Shown: one piece after another, positions 12,484-24,041 of the stretch
Layout: every line of letters begins with the position of its first letter
Position numbering within the stretch: the stretch's first letter is position 1
Assembly (NCBI GenBank): GCA_029717555.1
Contig: JAMDHS010000022.1
Location: 186,001-250,000, forward strand
Reading direction: 5' to 3'
DNA: 64,000 nt
DNA from: Peribolospora baueri
Taxonomy: Eukaryota
The notes under the pieces: generated by a model
The model's input: only the letters and a program-made list of their open reading frames with translations
Databases searched by the model: none
What the model was told of the DNA's origin: nothing
Position numbers and translations under genes: made by a program

Positions 12484-12514
<31 letters not shown>
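12484..12514. repeat. Poly(T) tract, 31 nt
   Basis: Seen directly, downstream of EMC2. Confidence 0.9.
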
Positions 12515-13934
12515 CGCCGTCTCGTCGCGTGTCTTCCACGTCTGTCGCTCGAACAGCTGGCCGCGTGAGAGGCTGGCCGTTCGCTCAGGGTCAGGGTCGT
12601 GGCTCGTGTCGGGGGGGCTACTATTATAGTTTGGTCGTTAGTATATTTCGAGTACAGAAACCAGGGCAGGGAGGTATACGGGCGTCGTCGGCGGGCTGCG
12701 GGCGGCGGGCGGCGGCGGGATGGGAAGATGAGCGGATGGATTAAGGAAGAGGAAGAGGAAGAGGATTAGGGTAAAGAGAAGGAGTTGAGAAGAAAGCTAA
12801 GCGACGTGGCCGGTCGGTCGGTTGCCGCGACGGACGGACGTGGGTCAGTCGGGCAGTCGGCCGTCTGAGCGTGTCCGTTTTTTTTTTTTCTTTTTTTCGC
12901 TCGCCGCGCGTCTTTTTTGTCTTTGTGTGGTCGACTCGACTCGACGTCGACTAATTATTACATACTTGTCTTTTCCTTCTTACTTCTTCCTCCGCCGCGC
13001 CCTCGACCTCGTTCGCCCGTCCGCCACCGCCAACGCCAGCTAGCGCCGTCTCAACTGCCATCCCATCCATCCCATCCTATTCATCCATCCATCCATCTCA
13101 TCCACTTCATCCCATTTTCCCTTCCCTTCCCTTCCCTTCCCTTTCCTCATCCTGATCGCCAGCCCTCCTTTCTTCTCTCCCTCTCTCTTTCATCCCTCCG
13201 CCCCGCCGAAACGAATCGCCGTCTCCGCCGCCGCCGCGCGCCCTCTCATCACAGATCGCGCCCGCGCCCGCGCCCGTTCCCTCCTCGCCTCCCTCCACGT
13301 CGCGCCTTGGCGTCGCCCGCCCGGTCGTCTTCCCTTCATCACCACCACCACCACCACCACCACCACCGTCGCAGCCGACGATCGCCATCCATCCCTTTTC
13401 TCCGTCGTCCACCGCGCCTCTCCGTCGTCCCTCAAGCGTCGGATCGAACAGGTGACCCATCCCATCTCATCCTTCCCTTCTTTTCCCTCCCCATCACCAC
13501 CACCCCCCGACTTTCCATCCGACGCCGACACCCGTCTGACCTACCCTCCCTTTCTTTCGCCCTTTCTTACCCCCTTTTTCTTTTCTTTTCCTTTCTCCTT
13601 CCTCCATCCTCGCCCTCCTCCTCGCCCACGCCATCTCCGTCCGCCCATACGCCCCTCTAGCCTCCCTCATCCCATCGCCACCCCCCCCGCCGCTAGATTG
13701 CACGCTCCCCTCCTCGTGAGCATCCTCCTCCCTTGTCGCCACGTCCTCATACACTCCCCCTCCCTTTCCACGCTCACCGCCCGCCTCCTTTTCTCTCCAA
13801 CCCCTTGGCCCCGCACTCCACTTCCTTCCCCAAGGCCTCCGTCCCGTCCTCTTTAATCCCCCACTTCACCGCCACCTTCCTCTCTCTCCCTCCTCTCCCC
13901 CTTCTCTTCTTTCCCCCCTTCCTCCGTGTTCGAC

Positions 13935-15278
13935 ATGGCGGAGAACAATCAAACCCCAGAAGTCGATTTGGACAACGTCATCGACCGGCTGCTCGAGGGT
14001 GAGTCGCCTCGCCCTCCATCGCGTCTCCTCTTTGCCCCTCCCGCTCACCGCCCCGCTTTCCCCCATCTAGTACGAGGATCCAGACCGGGAAAGCCGGTAC
14101 ATCTCGAAGAGTACGAAATCAAGTACCTCTGCCTCAAGGCGCGCGACATCTTCATCAATCAACCCATCTTGCTTGAGCTCGAGGCGCCCATCAAGATTTG
14201 CGGTGAGTGTTCGCAGCTGTCTCTGGCGGGGCGCGACGGGGTGCGACCCCGGTCCCGCCACGTGTATGCACCTTCCGACGACGCTCGCCTCCTCACGTCT
14301 TCTTCTTCCCCTTCTTCTAGGCGACATCCACGGCCAATATTACGACCTTCTCCGGCTCTTCGAGTACGGCGGCTTCCCTCCAGAGGCAAACTACCTCTTC
14401 CTGGGCGACTACGTCGACCGAGGCAAGCAAAGTCTAGAGACTATCTGCCTCCTCCTCGCGTACAAGATCAAGTACCCGGAAAACTTTTTCATCCTCAGGG
14501 GGAACCACGAGTGCGCGAGCATCAACCGAATTTACGGCTTCTACGATGAGTGCAAGCGGAGGTTCAACATCAAGCTCTGGAAGACGTTCACCGACTGCTT
14601 CAACTGCCTGCCGATCGCTGCCATCATCGACGAGAAAATCTTCACCATGCACGGAGGGCTGTCGCCGGACTTGCAGAGCATGGAGCAGATCAGGAGGGTC
14701 ATGAGGCCGACGGACGTGCCGGACACGGGTCAGTCGTTTGCGTTTTCTTCTTTCTCTGCCTTTTTTCTCACCCTCCTCGGTGCTTTTTTTCCGGCAGGTC
14801 TGCTTTGCGATCTGCTGTGGTCCGACCCCGACAAGGACATCTCAGGCTGGTCCGAGAACGACCGCGGCGTGTCGTTCACCTTTGGTCCGGACGTCGTGAC
14901 GCGCTTTCTGCAAAAGCACGACATGGACCTCATCTGTCGAGCCCACCAGGTCGTCGAGGACGGCTACGAGTTCTTTGCCAAGCGCCAGCTGGTCACCTTG
15001 TTCAGTGCACCCAACTATTGCGGCGAGTTTGACAACGCGGGGGCGATGATGAGCGTCGACGAGACGTTGCTGTGTTCTTTCCAGGTGAGTTGCACCGCTG
15101 AGCTCCGTCGTCGATTTCGCCCGTCGTCCGCTTTCGTACTCACTCGCGTTCGGCCCACCCTCAGATTCTCAAGCCGGCGGAGAAGAAGCAGAAGTACGCG
15201 TATGGCGGCATCAACATGGGTCGACCGGTCACTCCACCGCGCAAACAGAAAAAGAAGGGCGACCCGTCCAAGGCCTGA
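13935..15278 (+). CDS. GLC7: Serine/threonine protein phosphatase PP1 catalytic subunit, 5 exons
   Basis: [50 protein letters not shown] and the C-terminal GRPVTPPR motif. Confidence 0.98.
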
Positions 15279-15972
15279 GGGACGCTACGCTTTTGAGCTC
15301 GTGTCGTCTGAGCCGAGCCGTCCATCCTCTTTTCCTCAGCCTTCCTCGATCCGTCGGTGTCGGTGTCTATTGCCGAGGTGGCGTCGTCGGTTGGCGTCCG
15401 GCGCGAGCAGCCCGAAATCGCGAACGAGATTTTTTTTTGCTTTCCTTCTTTCCAACTCGCTTCTTTTCCCTTCTTCCCAAACTGTCACCCCCCCTCCCCC
15501 CTTTTTTTTCCTTCCTTTTCTCGCGACGTGTCCATTGCCTCTTGCTCCTCGTCATGTCCCTCCGCGACGGACGCCTCGCCGGCTTGCCCACCCACCTCGT
15601 TCGCATTTCTTCCAATTCGATCGTTCGCATACGTCCCGGACGTCGTCGCCCCAGAAGTCTTCGCCTTGCCGTCTCGTCTGTCAGCCCGCTCGGTTCGCTC
15701 CATCCATCCATCCATCGCTCCCTTCGCCTGCGGTCCGGTCGGTCTGTCGGTCGATCACCGTCTAGTCTAGTCGGGTCGGCGGTGGGGGGGCGAGACGGAG
15801 GCAGGGTATAAACGAGCGACCGAGCGACCGAACGAACGAACGAACGACCAAACAAACGAACGGACGGACGGACGAGTCGGCGCGGCAGCCACCACCAACG
15901 TCACCACAACTCCATCCTTCTCCTTGCCCCGCCCCTCCGCGCCCCTCCTCGCCTCGCCTCGCCTCGCCTCGT

Positions 15973-16011
<39 letters not shown>
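15973..16011. repeat. (GTC)13 microsatellite
   Basis: Seen directly, flanked by GCCTC and GTA repeats. Confidence 0.9.
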
Positions 16012-16013
<2 letters not shown>

Positions 16014-16150
16014 AGTAGTAGCCCTCGCCCCCTCTCCTGTCTTGTCTGTCTGTACTTCCTCATCTCTGCTCGCTGGGATCTCCACCTCTGCTGAACCATA
16101 TGGTCCGACCGTATGCTCGACTCGACTTACCGCATCGCGCCGCACCGTAC

Positions 16151-16380
16151 CTGACTTGACCTGACTTGACCTGACTTGGCCGGCTTTGCTTTGCTTTGCT
16201 TTGCTGGCTTTGCTTTGCTTTGCTTTGCTGGCTTTGCTTTGCTTTGCTTTGCTTTGCTTTGCTTTGCTTTGCTTTGCTTTGCTTTGCTTTGCTTTGCTTT
16301 GCTTTGCTTTGCTGGCTTTGCTTTGCTGGCTTTGCTTTGCTGGCTTTGCTTTGCTGGCTTTGCTTTGCTGGCTTTGCTGG
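16151..16380. repeat. Compound microsatellite: (CTGACTTGAC)3, then about 200 bp of (GCTTT)n with GCTG interruptions
   Basis: Seen directly between the convergent 3' ends of PP1 and the phosphatase. It explains the spurious ALLCF and KQSKA ORFs. Confidence 0.95.
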
Positions 16381-16885
16381 GTTGGACTCGTCTAGTCCGC
16401 AGGCCGCAGAGACGAGACGACGTAGAAAAGGGAGAGAAAGAGCGAGCGCGGATGGGCGGACGAAAGGAAAGGAAAGGAAAGGAAAGGAAAGGAAACGATA
16501 GGAAACGAAGCCCATCCCTCCCTCCCTTTCTATCTCTCTCGCGAGTTCGAACCGAACCGAACAAAACAAAAATAGAACAGAACAGAACAGAACAACAGAA
16601 AGGCAAAGCGGGGTGAGCGAGGAAGGGAGGCTCACAACGCTCGTTCTGCTCTGCTCTGCTGGGTGTTGTCGAAGGAAGCAAGCAAGCAAGCAAGTTGAAC
16701 CGATTCGGCGTTCGTCCCATACCACGTCCTCCACGCGCCCGACGTATACGAGACGAGCCTTTCTTTTTTTTTTTCTTTCTTTCTTCTTTCCTTCTTTCTT
16801 TCACAAGCTGACAACGTCGCAGCGCAGCCAAGGCTCAGTTCATTCCCCTCCGTTCTCAATCACAAGTCCATCATCACGGGTATCA

Positions 16886-19800
16886 TCACAGCGCGCCGCT
16901 CTTGATCGGCAGATGAAGGTCGTCCACGCCGTAAGAGCCAAAACAGGCCTGTGGAGAAGAAGAAGAAGAAGAAGAAGAAGAAGAAGAAGAAGAGGCGACG
17001 ATCAGATCAGCGCCTTGATCCGGACCCAACCCAACCCCTTCCTTCGTTCGCGTTCGCGCTCACCTCTTCAAACTTGGCGCCCTCGTTCCTGTCCTTCTGA
17101 CTGCGCACAAAGTCATCCAACGCACACATGCCGTTTTTCCTCGATGGACAGGCCTCCAGCTGGCTCAGCGGCACAATCGCGTCGTTGAGCAGCAGCCGCA
17201 CGAGCTTCTTGCCTTCTTCCTCCGTCTTCGTCTCCGACAACCCTCCGTCACACGAAATCACTTCAAACGTCAACCTCGCCCCGAAGGGCGCTATGTGAGA
17301 CGTCACGAACGCCCGAGACGGGTCCGGTCCCGTGACGGGCAACGGGGCGGAGAATTGGGTGAGGTTGAGCGCGGCGATGACGTTGGTGATGATGCTGTCG
17401 TGCGAAAAGTCGATGTACATCGACTGGTCCAACGGGAAGTACTTGGGGTCCTCCTGCGCGACACGAACACGGGCGTGAGTGCGACTTGGACAAGCCGAGA
17501 GACGACCTGCACTACGACCGTTCTCACTCACGTCCAGCGTCGCGTTCTCCGACGTCAGAGTCTCGCGCTTGAAGCCTTCGCCGGTGAGGCGCGCCATGAA
17601 CTCGTTCACCCAACCGATCCCCTGCGCCTTGCCCACCGGGCTGCCGAAGCCGTAAGAGTTGTGAAACTCGAGATCGAGGGCGTCTGAAAGAAGAGATAAT
17701 GCAGCCGATTGTCAGCTTACCGCGCGCAAAAAGGAAAAAAAAAAATCGGCTGACATTCAAAACCTTCCCATTCCTCTTTCCCTGTCAGCATGTCAGATGA
17801 GTGATCGACGGTTAGGCCGTATACCGCAAACGATCTGCGCAAGAACGGAAAGACAGGCACGCACTGAAGAGACCGCAGAATTGACTGTAGCCGATCGCGA
17901 TCGTCTCGTAGGGACACAGCTGCTGCATGCTGCAAGCGCGTGGAGCAAAAAAAAAAAAAAAAAAAACTCAACAACGACGTCAAGGCGAGCATCAACCATT
18001 TATACGTCAACTCGAACTCACGCGTAAACGATGCTGGGCGTCTGGACATGCGTACGAGGCGCGTTCAAGGAGACGACATCAGTGACAGCTCCTGTGGCCC
18101 ATCAGATCGCTATGACGCTTACTAGTTTGATCCCGTGGACGTATAGCTGTAGCCTCCTGGTGGCGTCCTTGAGGTAGGTGTCGATCCTGTGCGCGCGCAC
18201 CCGCAAGTGAGCCGTATGAACCTATCTAGACGTGGCCGCCCCGTTCTGCCGCGCTCACCATTTCGCCATCTCCGATTTGCCTAGCCTGCCCACGGCGGCG
18301 TTGGCTTGAGGACAGACGTAGTAGCTTGCGAGTGTGTTGTTGTATCCCTCGTCTTCGATGAGGACCTGGAGACACGATGGACGATACGGCGACGTCAGCG
18401 CAAATACAAGACAGACCAAGCTGTCAAGACGACCCACCTCTAGGTTCACTTTCTTCTCCCAATCGATGCCGAAGAAGCCCTGGAGCCAGGAGATGGACGA
18501 GTCGAGAATCCTACACACGAGTCCAGGATCAAAGGTCAAACGGCGCGTGTTGAGCTCATCATAGACGTCGCACGACAGCGGTTGAGAGAACGCTCGGCGG
18601 AAGTCGACTCACCTCGTCTGGCTGGTCGTCCGAACGACAGTCTTCTCCACTTTCTTCAAATCCTCTTCCACCAGTCTTCCGTACTCCATCTGGAACCTCA
18701 CCCCACTCTCATACAGTTGCTCTCGGCCTAGCGGGGTAAGCAGTTCGTAGCCTAGCGGGTACTTCCAGCCAGAGAGGAAAGAGAGAGGGCCCGTGAACGA
18801 GGCGGTTGGGTTCGACCGAAGGAGACCGGCGAACTTTTCCGGAGGGCTAGTGAGCGGAAGAAAGTGAGGTGGTTTTGGACCGAAGACGACGGAGGTCAGA
18901 TGTCAATCGCCTCCCGAGCGCAAGCAGGTGGGAAACGACGCCGGCGGTCATCTCGTCACTTACGCTCCTGTCGTCGGATACCTAGATCCATGGCGATGAA
19001 GCGAGTGCACCTGAACGACTTTGCAGCCTTTGTCCAACGGCTTGTAGCGAGCATCGTCGACGCCAAATCCGGGACTGGAGAAGTAAGGTGAGAGGTTGCC
19101 CATCGATTTGCTGCCCGGCGGGAGAAGGGAAGAAGGTGAGCTCGTCTCGTCGCTGCTGGGCCACCAGGCGAGCAGTGGATATGCTGACTCACAAAGGATT
19201 AAACCCGGGGCCTCCCACGCCAGGGATACGAGTCTCAATGGGGCTGTTGCCTCGCGTGGGCGTCGCCGTCAACGTGTCCGTGTTGACGAGGATGGGAGCT
19301 GTGCCCGTGGCCGTCGGCCCAGGGTGGCCTGGGGACAGGCACGCGGTCCGAGAAGAGCACGGAGAATGTGAGCCGCTGAGAACATGTGTCCAAGTGATCC
19401 ACGAAGAAGCCCTAGGCGCAGGCAGAGCTCGCGTCGACGAGCCAAACGACCGAGCAGAGCGATAGCGAGACGCAGCAAAAAGATCGTCCACTGACGCCCT
19501 CGTCGTCCCCTCCCCAACTCACCAACGTCTATCGGAAAGTCACCACCTCCGTCCTTGTTCCACAACGAGCCGAGTCCTGCCGCACCCTTTCCGATCTGCT
19601 CCTTGGCCTGCTCGACGTACTTGGTGACGTGAGGCTCCTTGTAGGCTGCGAGAAGGGCGACGGTAGCGAGGGCCACAAAGACGAGCGAGGAGAAGAGGCA
19701 GCAGTGCCTGCGAAAGTAGGTCGCGCAACGTTGGCGCTTGTGGTGACGTCTGCCGCGGCGGCCGGAAAACGGAGGGGATGGGGGTGACGGACGCTCGAGC

Positions 19801-19901
19801 TTGGTCGCCGGCGCCTCGAGGTCGGCCTGCGAGTGCAGGGCCATCTCGTTGAGCAGGGCCTCGTGCTCGACGTCGTCGTCGTCGATGGAATGGAGCCCCA
19901 T
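16886..19901 (-). CDS. Histidine acid phosphatase / 3-phytase family, multi-exon, with N-terminal transmembrane anchor
   Basis: Catalytic RHGSRYP and HD (IDFSHDSII) motifs, MGNLSPYFS, APFGARLTFEVISC and VRLLLNDAIVPL...C. Hydrophobic segment LFSSLVFVALATVALLAAY. Last exon is ACFGSYGVDDLHLPIKSGAL-stop. Confidence 0.92.
16955..16993. repeat. (GAA)13 microsatellite inside the last phosphatase intron
   Basis: Seen directly. It reads as (TTC)n, a polypyrimidine tract just before the CAG acceptor on the minus strand. Confidence 0.85.
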
Positions 19902-20396
19902 GATGAGTGGTTCTTCTTGTCCTCTCTAGAGATGGTGGGGCGGGGGCGAACCGGCGAGAGACAAGACGCCGTCGGTTCCAAGACAACCCGTCCATCACGT
20001 GCGCGCCTGCCTCCGTTGCACGTCGCAGCCAACACCGTCGAGTGAGGTGTACGAAAAGAAGGCCAAGAAGAAAGGAAAGATAAACTTGGAGCGCCGGGGC
20101 AAGATCATTGAACCGATGTCTCCTTCAGATATGCGGGAAGCATCGCGAAGCGCCCGACCCTGTCGGCGCCATCTGCTACTCCACGAGATACTGGGCACCC
20201 TGTGTACGGCAAGGACTCAAAAATCTCCGCAATTCGGCCCCGTCCCGGTCGTCCAGCACAGAGGTAGAGTACAACGGCGAATGGTTCGAAGAATGGACAA
20301 CGAAGAGCAACAGCAGCAGCAGCAACAACAGCAGTCGAAAAATCGGCGAAAGGGAGGAGAGGAAGCAGGAAAACCGCGACTAGTAGAAACCAGAAA

Positions 20397-23300
20397 TCAA
20401 TCACTGAAGTAATACTCGACCTCAACCTCGCCCTCGTCCACCTCGTCCTCCTCCATCTCATCGTCTCCTTCCGCCCCTCCACTCGCCACGGAAGACAGAG
20501 GTGCCGAGGCAGACTGATCGGCCTCAGCTTCGGCCACAGGCTCAAGGTCGGGTTCGAGTTGGACGTGAGCAGAAGACATAGTCCCCGCCGTCCTTCGCTT
20601 CTTGTGCTCCTTGGCACCTTCTACTTCGTCAGAGTCACCAGCAGCACTCTCGTCACTCGCCTCGCGCTGGACCTCCCTCGACCTTTTCCTTCCGCGCTCC
20701 CCTGCCTCCGAAGAAGTTGTGCTGGTCCTGCTTGCTAGGTAGCGGCCGCCCGGACGTGTGCCCGCGGCTCCTGCCGGGGCGCGCGCAGGTATGCCTTCGC
20801 GCCGTCCCTCTTCTTCAGCGACAACAGCATCATCGTCATCACTATCCTCGATTTGGGACATCCTTCGCCTCTTCCTTGGGCGCGTGTCGGCCGTGCCCGT
20901 GGCCCCCTCGTTCGCGTCCGAGTCCGAGTCCGAGTCTGAGCCCGCGAGATGACGGCGGCCCCGCCGAGGCGCAGCGGAGGAAGTGCGCGCAGGCTTGGTC
21001 TCAGCTTCGGCCTCGCGCTCGCGGTCCGCCCTTTGCCTTTTGCGCTGCTCGCAGCCCCTTTGATCCTGACCGGCCAAAGCAGCGGCGCGGTCGGCGGCGC
21101 GGTCAGCAGCTCTCCTAGCGGCGGCGGCTCTCGCAGCGGCGGCGGCCTCTTCGACGGGCCGCATCTCGTCCACAAGCGTAGCCGTGTCAGCATCATCATC
21201 ATCGTGCAAGTCTTCAACGCCATAAAAGGCGCGATCGCGGCGAAGCGCTCTTGTCGACACCCTTATGTCGCTTCCAACGCCGTTGACGGCGGACCGTATG
21301 TCCGGGGTCGTCGTATACATCCTCTGCGTGCCGCCCCACCACCGCTGAACTATCGTCGAGCCGTAGGGTTGGTCGCCGTTGGGTACGTCTCCTGAGAGCT
21401 CAGGCGGAGCGTCTCCTGAGAGCTTAGGCGGAGCGTCCGCGAGACCGTCCGCGTTTTCGGCCCCATAAAAGGAAGTCTCGGGAGGCCTAACAGGGGGCAG
21501 AGCGCTTGAAGCAGGCGGAGAGCTAGAAGGCGTATCGTCGTCGGTGTCAAGATCAGGTCCGTAATAGGATTCCTGGAGGCGGAGCAGCATCGCCCTTAGT
21601 TCATCGCACTCTTCCGAGCTCGGCAACCTGGACACAGCGGCTTCAGCGGCATCGACAGCCGTGGAAGCAGCAGCAAGAGCCAGAGCAGCAGCGGCAGTAG
21701 CAGAATGATACTCGGCGGAGTTGCGCGCTTCCGAATCAAGAGAGGTCCTAGCCCGCGATGCGGACTCGCGGCGGAGCACCCTCCTCGGCGGCGAGGCCGT
21801 CGTGCCGTTCCCTGTGTTGGCGATCCGCGTGCCGGTCCCTGTGTTGGTGATCCGCGTGTCCGAGTTCGTCGCGTGGGCCCTCGTGATCTCACCCCGACCC
21901 AACCTCGAGCCGAGTTGATCGCGGCTAGATTCGCAGTTTGAAAGGACGGGCGGGGACAAGGAGGATGTGACTTCTCTCGGCTGACGGCGAGATTCAGTGC
22001 GGACGATTCCGAAATCCGAGCTGGTATCGTACTCGGCTTCCTGCCTCGCCCACGCCTCCTCCCTCTCCCGCACTTCATCCTCTCTCGCTCGTTCCTCCTC
22101 CCTCGCCCGTATCATCTGCTCAATCTCTCGCGCCTCCTCCTCCCTCGCTCTCGCCTCCTCTGCCTGTCTTGCCTCCTCCTCCTCTCTCTCCAACCTCTCC
22201 CTCCTCGTGCGCTCGCTCGATAGCGCGTCGAACATGGCCTTGCGGGTGACGCGAAGGCCGCCGAACACGCCGTTGGCGAGGGCCATCAGGTCCCTGCCGA
22301 CCCCCCGTCGACGGGGTCGGGCATTAGAGGTGGAGGTGGAGGCTGACGGAGCAGACGGGGTACCCGAACGGGAGCCGGAGCGAGCGACAGCGCTAGAGCC
22401 TGATCCAGAACCAGAACCGGGGTCGGGGGCTGCGGAGGATGTCTCGGAGTCCGTGAAAGACCCGGAGCGACGAGCAGCCGGACGGCGAACGGACGCGGTA
22501 GGCACGGCTGAGTGAGTAGATGCGGATCGGGCGGAGGACGAGAGAGAGAGAGGCGCAGAGCCAGAGCGAAAGCGAGAACCGGAGTCCAAGACCGAGGCGG
22601 ACGTCGCACCGGTACCGGCTTCCCGGGGAACGGTCTGTTCTTGAATAGCCCTTTGATGGCGATCAAAAGGGATGTGGATTCGCGGCGGGCCCGTAGGGGG
22701 GGAACCAGAGGGGGAGGCGGCGGGGCCTACGACGGGGGGGGTAAGAAAGTAATTAGGCGGCGGCATCAAGGCGCGGTCAAAGTCTTCTTGGGTCCGGCGG
22801 CGAAGACGACGCTTGGGATCGATATGCGGCTGCGGCCGGCGAGTGCGTTCGCCGGACGACGAAGTGGGAGTAGAAGGAAAGGCTTCACCGGGCGACGAAG
22901 TGGGAGTAGAGGGAGAGGCTCCCACTTCTTCACCCGAAGGAGCGGGCGCAGGCGGCGAAGGATCGTGAGGAGGCGTGTCCGGACGCTCAGGCGGGGGGGT
23001 GGGCGAACGACGGTCGTCACCCACGTCCATCGCATCGTCGAGCTCAGGCTCGGACTTCCAATCGTCGTAGCCCCCGTCGTCGCCCTCGAGCACGTTCATC
23101 ATCGTCCTGTTTCCCATACCCGCAATGCCGGAGAAGCCGGTACATTTAATGACGCCTCTGGAAACGGCCGCCTGCATCTTCGAAGCCGGCGTCTCCCATG
23201 CCCTTCTCAGCGCCCGGCGGCGGAGCTGGTGATCGATGCGCGCGCGCACCCGGCTCATGGCCTCTTCCGGCGGCTCGCCATCTTCGTTCAGGCCCGTGCT

Positions 23301-24041
23301 GGGACCGACGCTCCTGCCTACGGCGTCGGCGAGAGAGCGAATGGGATGACGAATGCGCATGGCGTCGTAGAACTCGCCGGTGGTGGTGGACTCGTCATCC
23401 GTCGACGGGTTATCGTTGGCAGCCTTCGACGGGCTATCGTCGTCAGCGTTATCGTCAGCCTCGGCTTTCTCCTTGGCTTTGCCTTTGCCTTTCGAGGACG
23501 AGTCTTTCAGGTCGGAGCCTGACGAGTGCGGCGACAGGATGCGCACCTTCTTCTTGACCTTGCTCTTGCCCTTGCCCTTGTCCATCCGGGCCGGCGGCAT
23601 GTCCTCGTCCTCGTCCTTCTGCAGGGGCGCTGCTTCCTCGGTCTCATCCTTAGCCGCGTCGTCCCTCTCCTCCACGACCTCTTTACCGCCTTTGTCATCT
23701 TCGCCCTGCGAGATCGGCTGGTTCTCGTCGTCGAGCTGCCCCTCGGCTCCTTCTCCACCGTCCAATACGTCGTCGTCATCGTCGTCCTCCTCCTTGCCCT
23801 TCCCGCCTTTCCGCTTCGTGGCGACCATATCTTCGGTCTCTTTCCTCGGCTCCTTTCCGCGTTCTTCTCCTGCCTCATTCTTCTCCTCTTCCGGAACTTT
23901 TACGTCTTCCTTCTCCTCCACCTCGAGGCTCTCCTTCTCCTTGTTCTCCGCCTCGAGCCTCTCCTTCTCCTCCTTTCCCCTCCCCTTCCCCTTCCCCTTG
24001 CCTCTCGCCTCCGATGTCTTTCTCTTCCTCGGACTGGCCAT
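20397..24041 (-). CDS. Large intronless low-complexity hypothetical protein (about 1214 aa from MASPRKRK; the frame stays open to 24683)
   Basis: More than 3.6 kb without a stop. It has Lys/Glu-rich, Pro/Ser-rich and E/R coiled-coil-like tracts plus NLS-like PRKRK and RKRRR motifs. No recognisable domain, and the start codon is uncertain. Confidence 0.7.
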   Translation of the reverse strand: MASPRKRKTSEARGKGKGKGRGKEEKERLEAENKEKESLEVEEKEDVKVPEEEKNEAGEERGKEPRKETEDMVATKRKGGKGKEEDDDDDDVLDGGEGAEGQLDDENQPISQGEDDKGGKEVVEERDDAAKDETEEAAPLQKDEDEDMPPARMDKGKGKSKVKKKVRILSPHSSGSDLKDSSSKGKGKAKEKAEADDNADDDSPSKAANDNPSTDDESTTTGEFYDAMRIRHPIRSLADAVGRSVGPSTGLNEDGEPPEEAMSRVRARIDHQLRRRALRRAWETPASKMQAAVSRGVIKCTGFSGIAGMGNRTMMNVLEGDDGGYDDWKSEPELDDAMDVGDDRRSPTPPPERPDTPPHDPSPPAPAPSGEEVGASPSTPTSSPGEAFPSTPTSSSGERTRRPQPHIDPKRRLRRRTQEDFDRALMPPPNYFLTPPVVGPAASPSGSPPTGPPRIHIPFDRHQRAIQEQTVPREAGTGATSASVLDSGSRFRSGSAPLSLSSSARSASTHSAVPTASVRRPAARRSGSFTDSETSSAAPDPGSGSGSGSSAVARSGSRSGTPSAPSASTSTSNARPRRRGVGRDLMALANGVFGGLRVTRKAMFDALSSERTRRERLEREEEEARQAEEARAREEEAREIEQMIRAREEERAREDEVREREEAWARQEAEYDTSSDFGIVRTESRRQPREVTSSLSPPVLSNCESSRDQLGSRLGRGEITRAHATNSDTRITNTGTGTRIANTGNGTTASPPRRVLRRESASRARTSLDSEARNSAEYHSATAAAALALAAASTAVDAAEAAVSRLPSSEECDELRAMLLRLQESYYGPDLDTDDDTPSSSPPASSALPPVRPPETSFYGAENADGLADAPPKLSGDAPPELSGDVPNGDQPYGSTIVQRWWGGTQRMYTTTPDIRSAVNGVGSDIRVSTRALRRDRAFYGVEDLHDDDDADTATLVDEMRPVEEAAAAARAAAARRAADRAADRAAALAGQDQRGCEQRKRQRADREREAEAETKPARTSSAAPRRGRRHLAGSDSDSDSDANEGATGTADTRPRKRRRMSQIEDSDDDDAVVAEEEGRREGIPARAPAGAAGTRPGGRYLASRTSTTSSEAGERGRKRSREVQREASDESAAGDSDEVEGAKEHKKRRTAGTMSSAHVQLEPDLEPVAEAEADQSASAPLSSVASGGAEGDDEMEEDEVDEGEVEVEYYFSD

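Noticed and set aside
16060..16831. ORFs with ALLCF, KQSKA and similar repeats
   Set aside because: They are translations of the (GCTTT)n microsatellite and show no coding signal.
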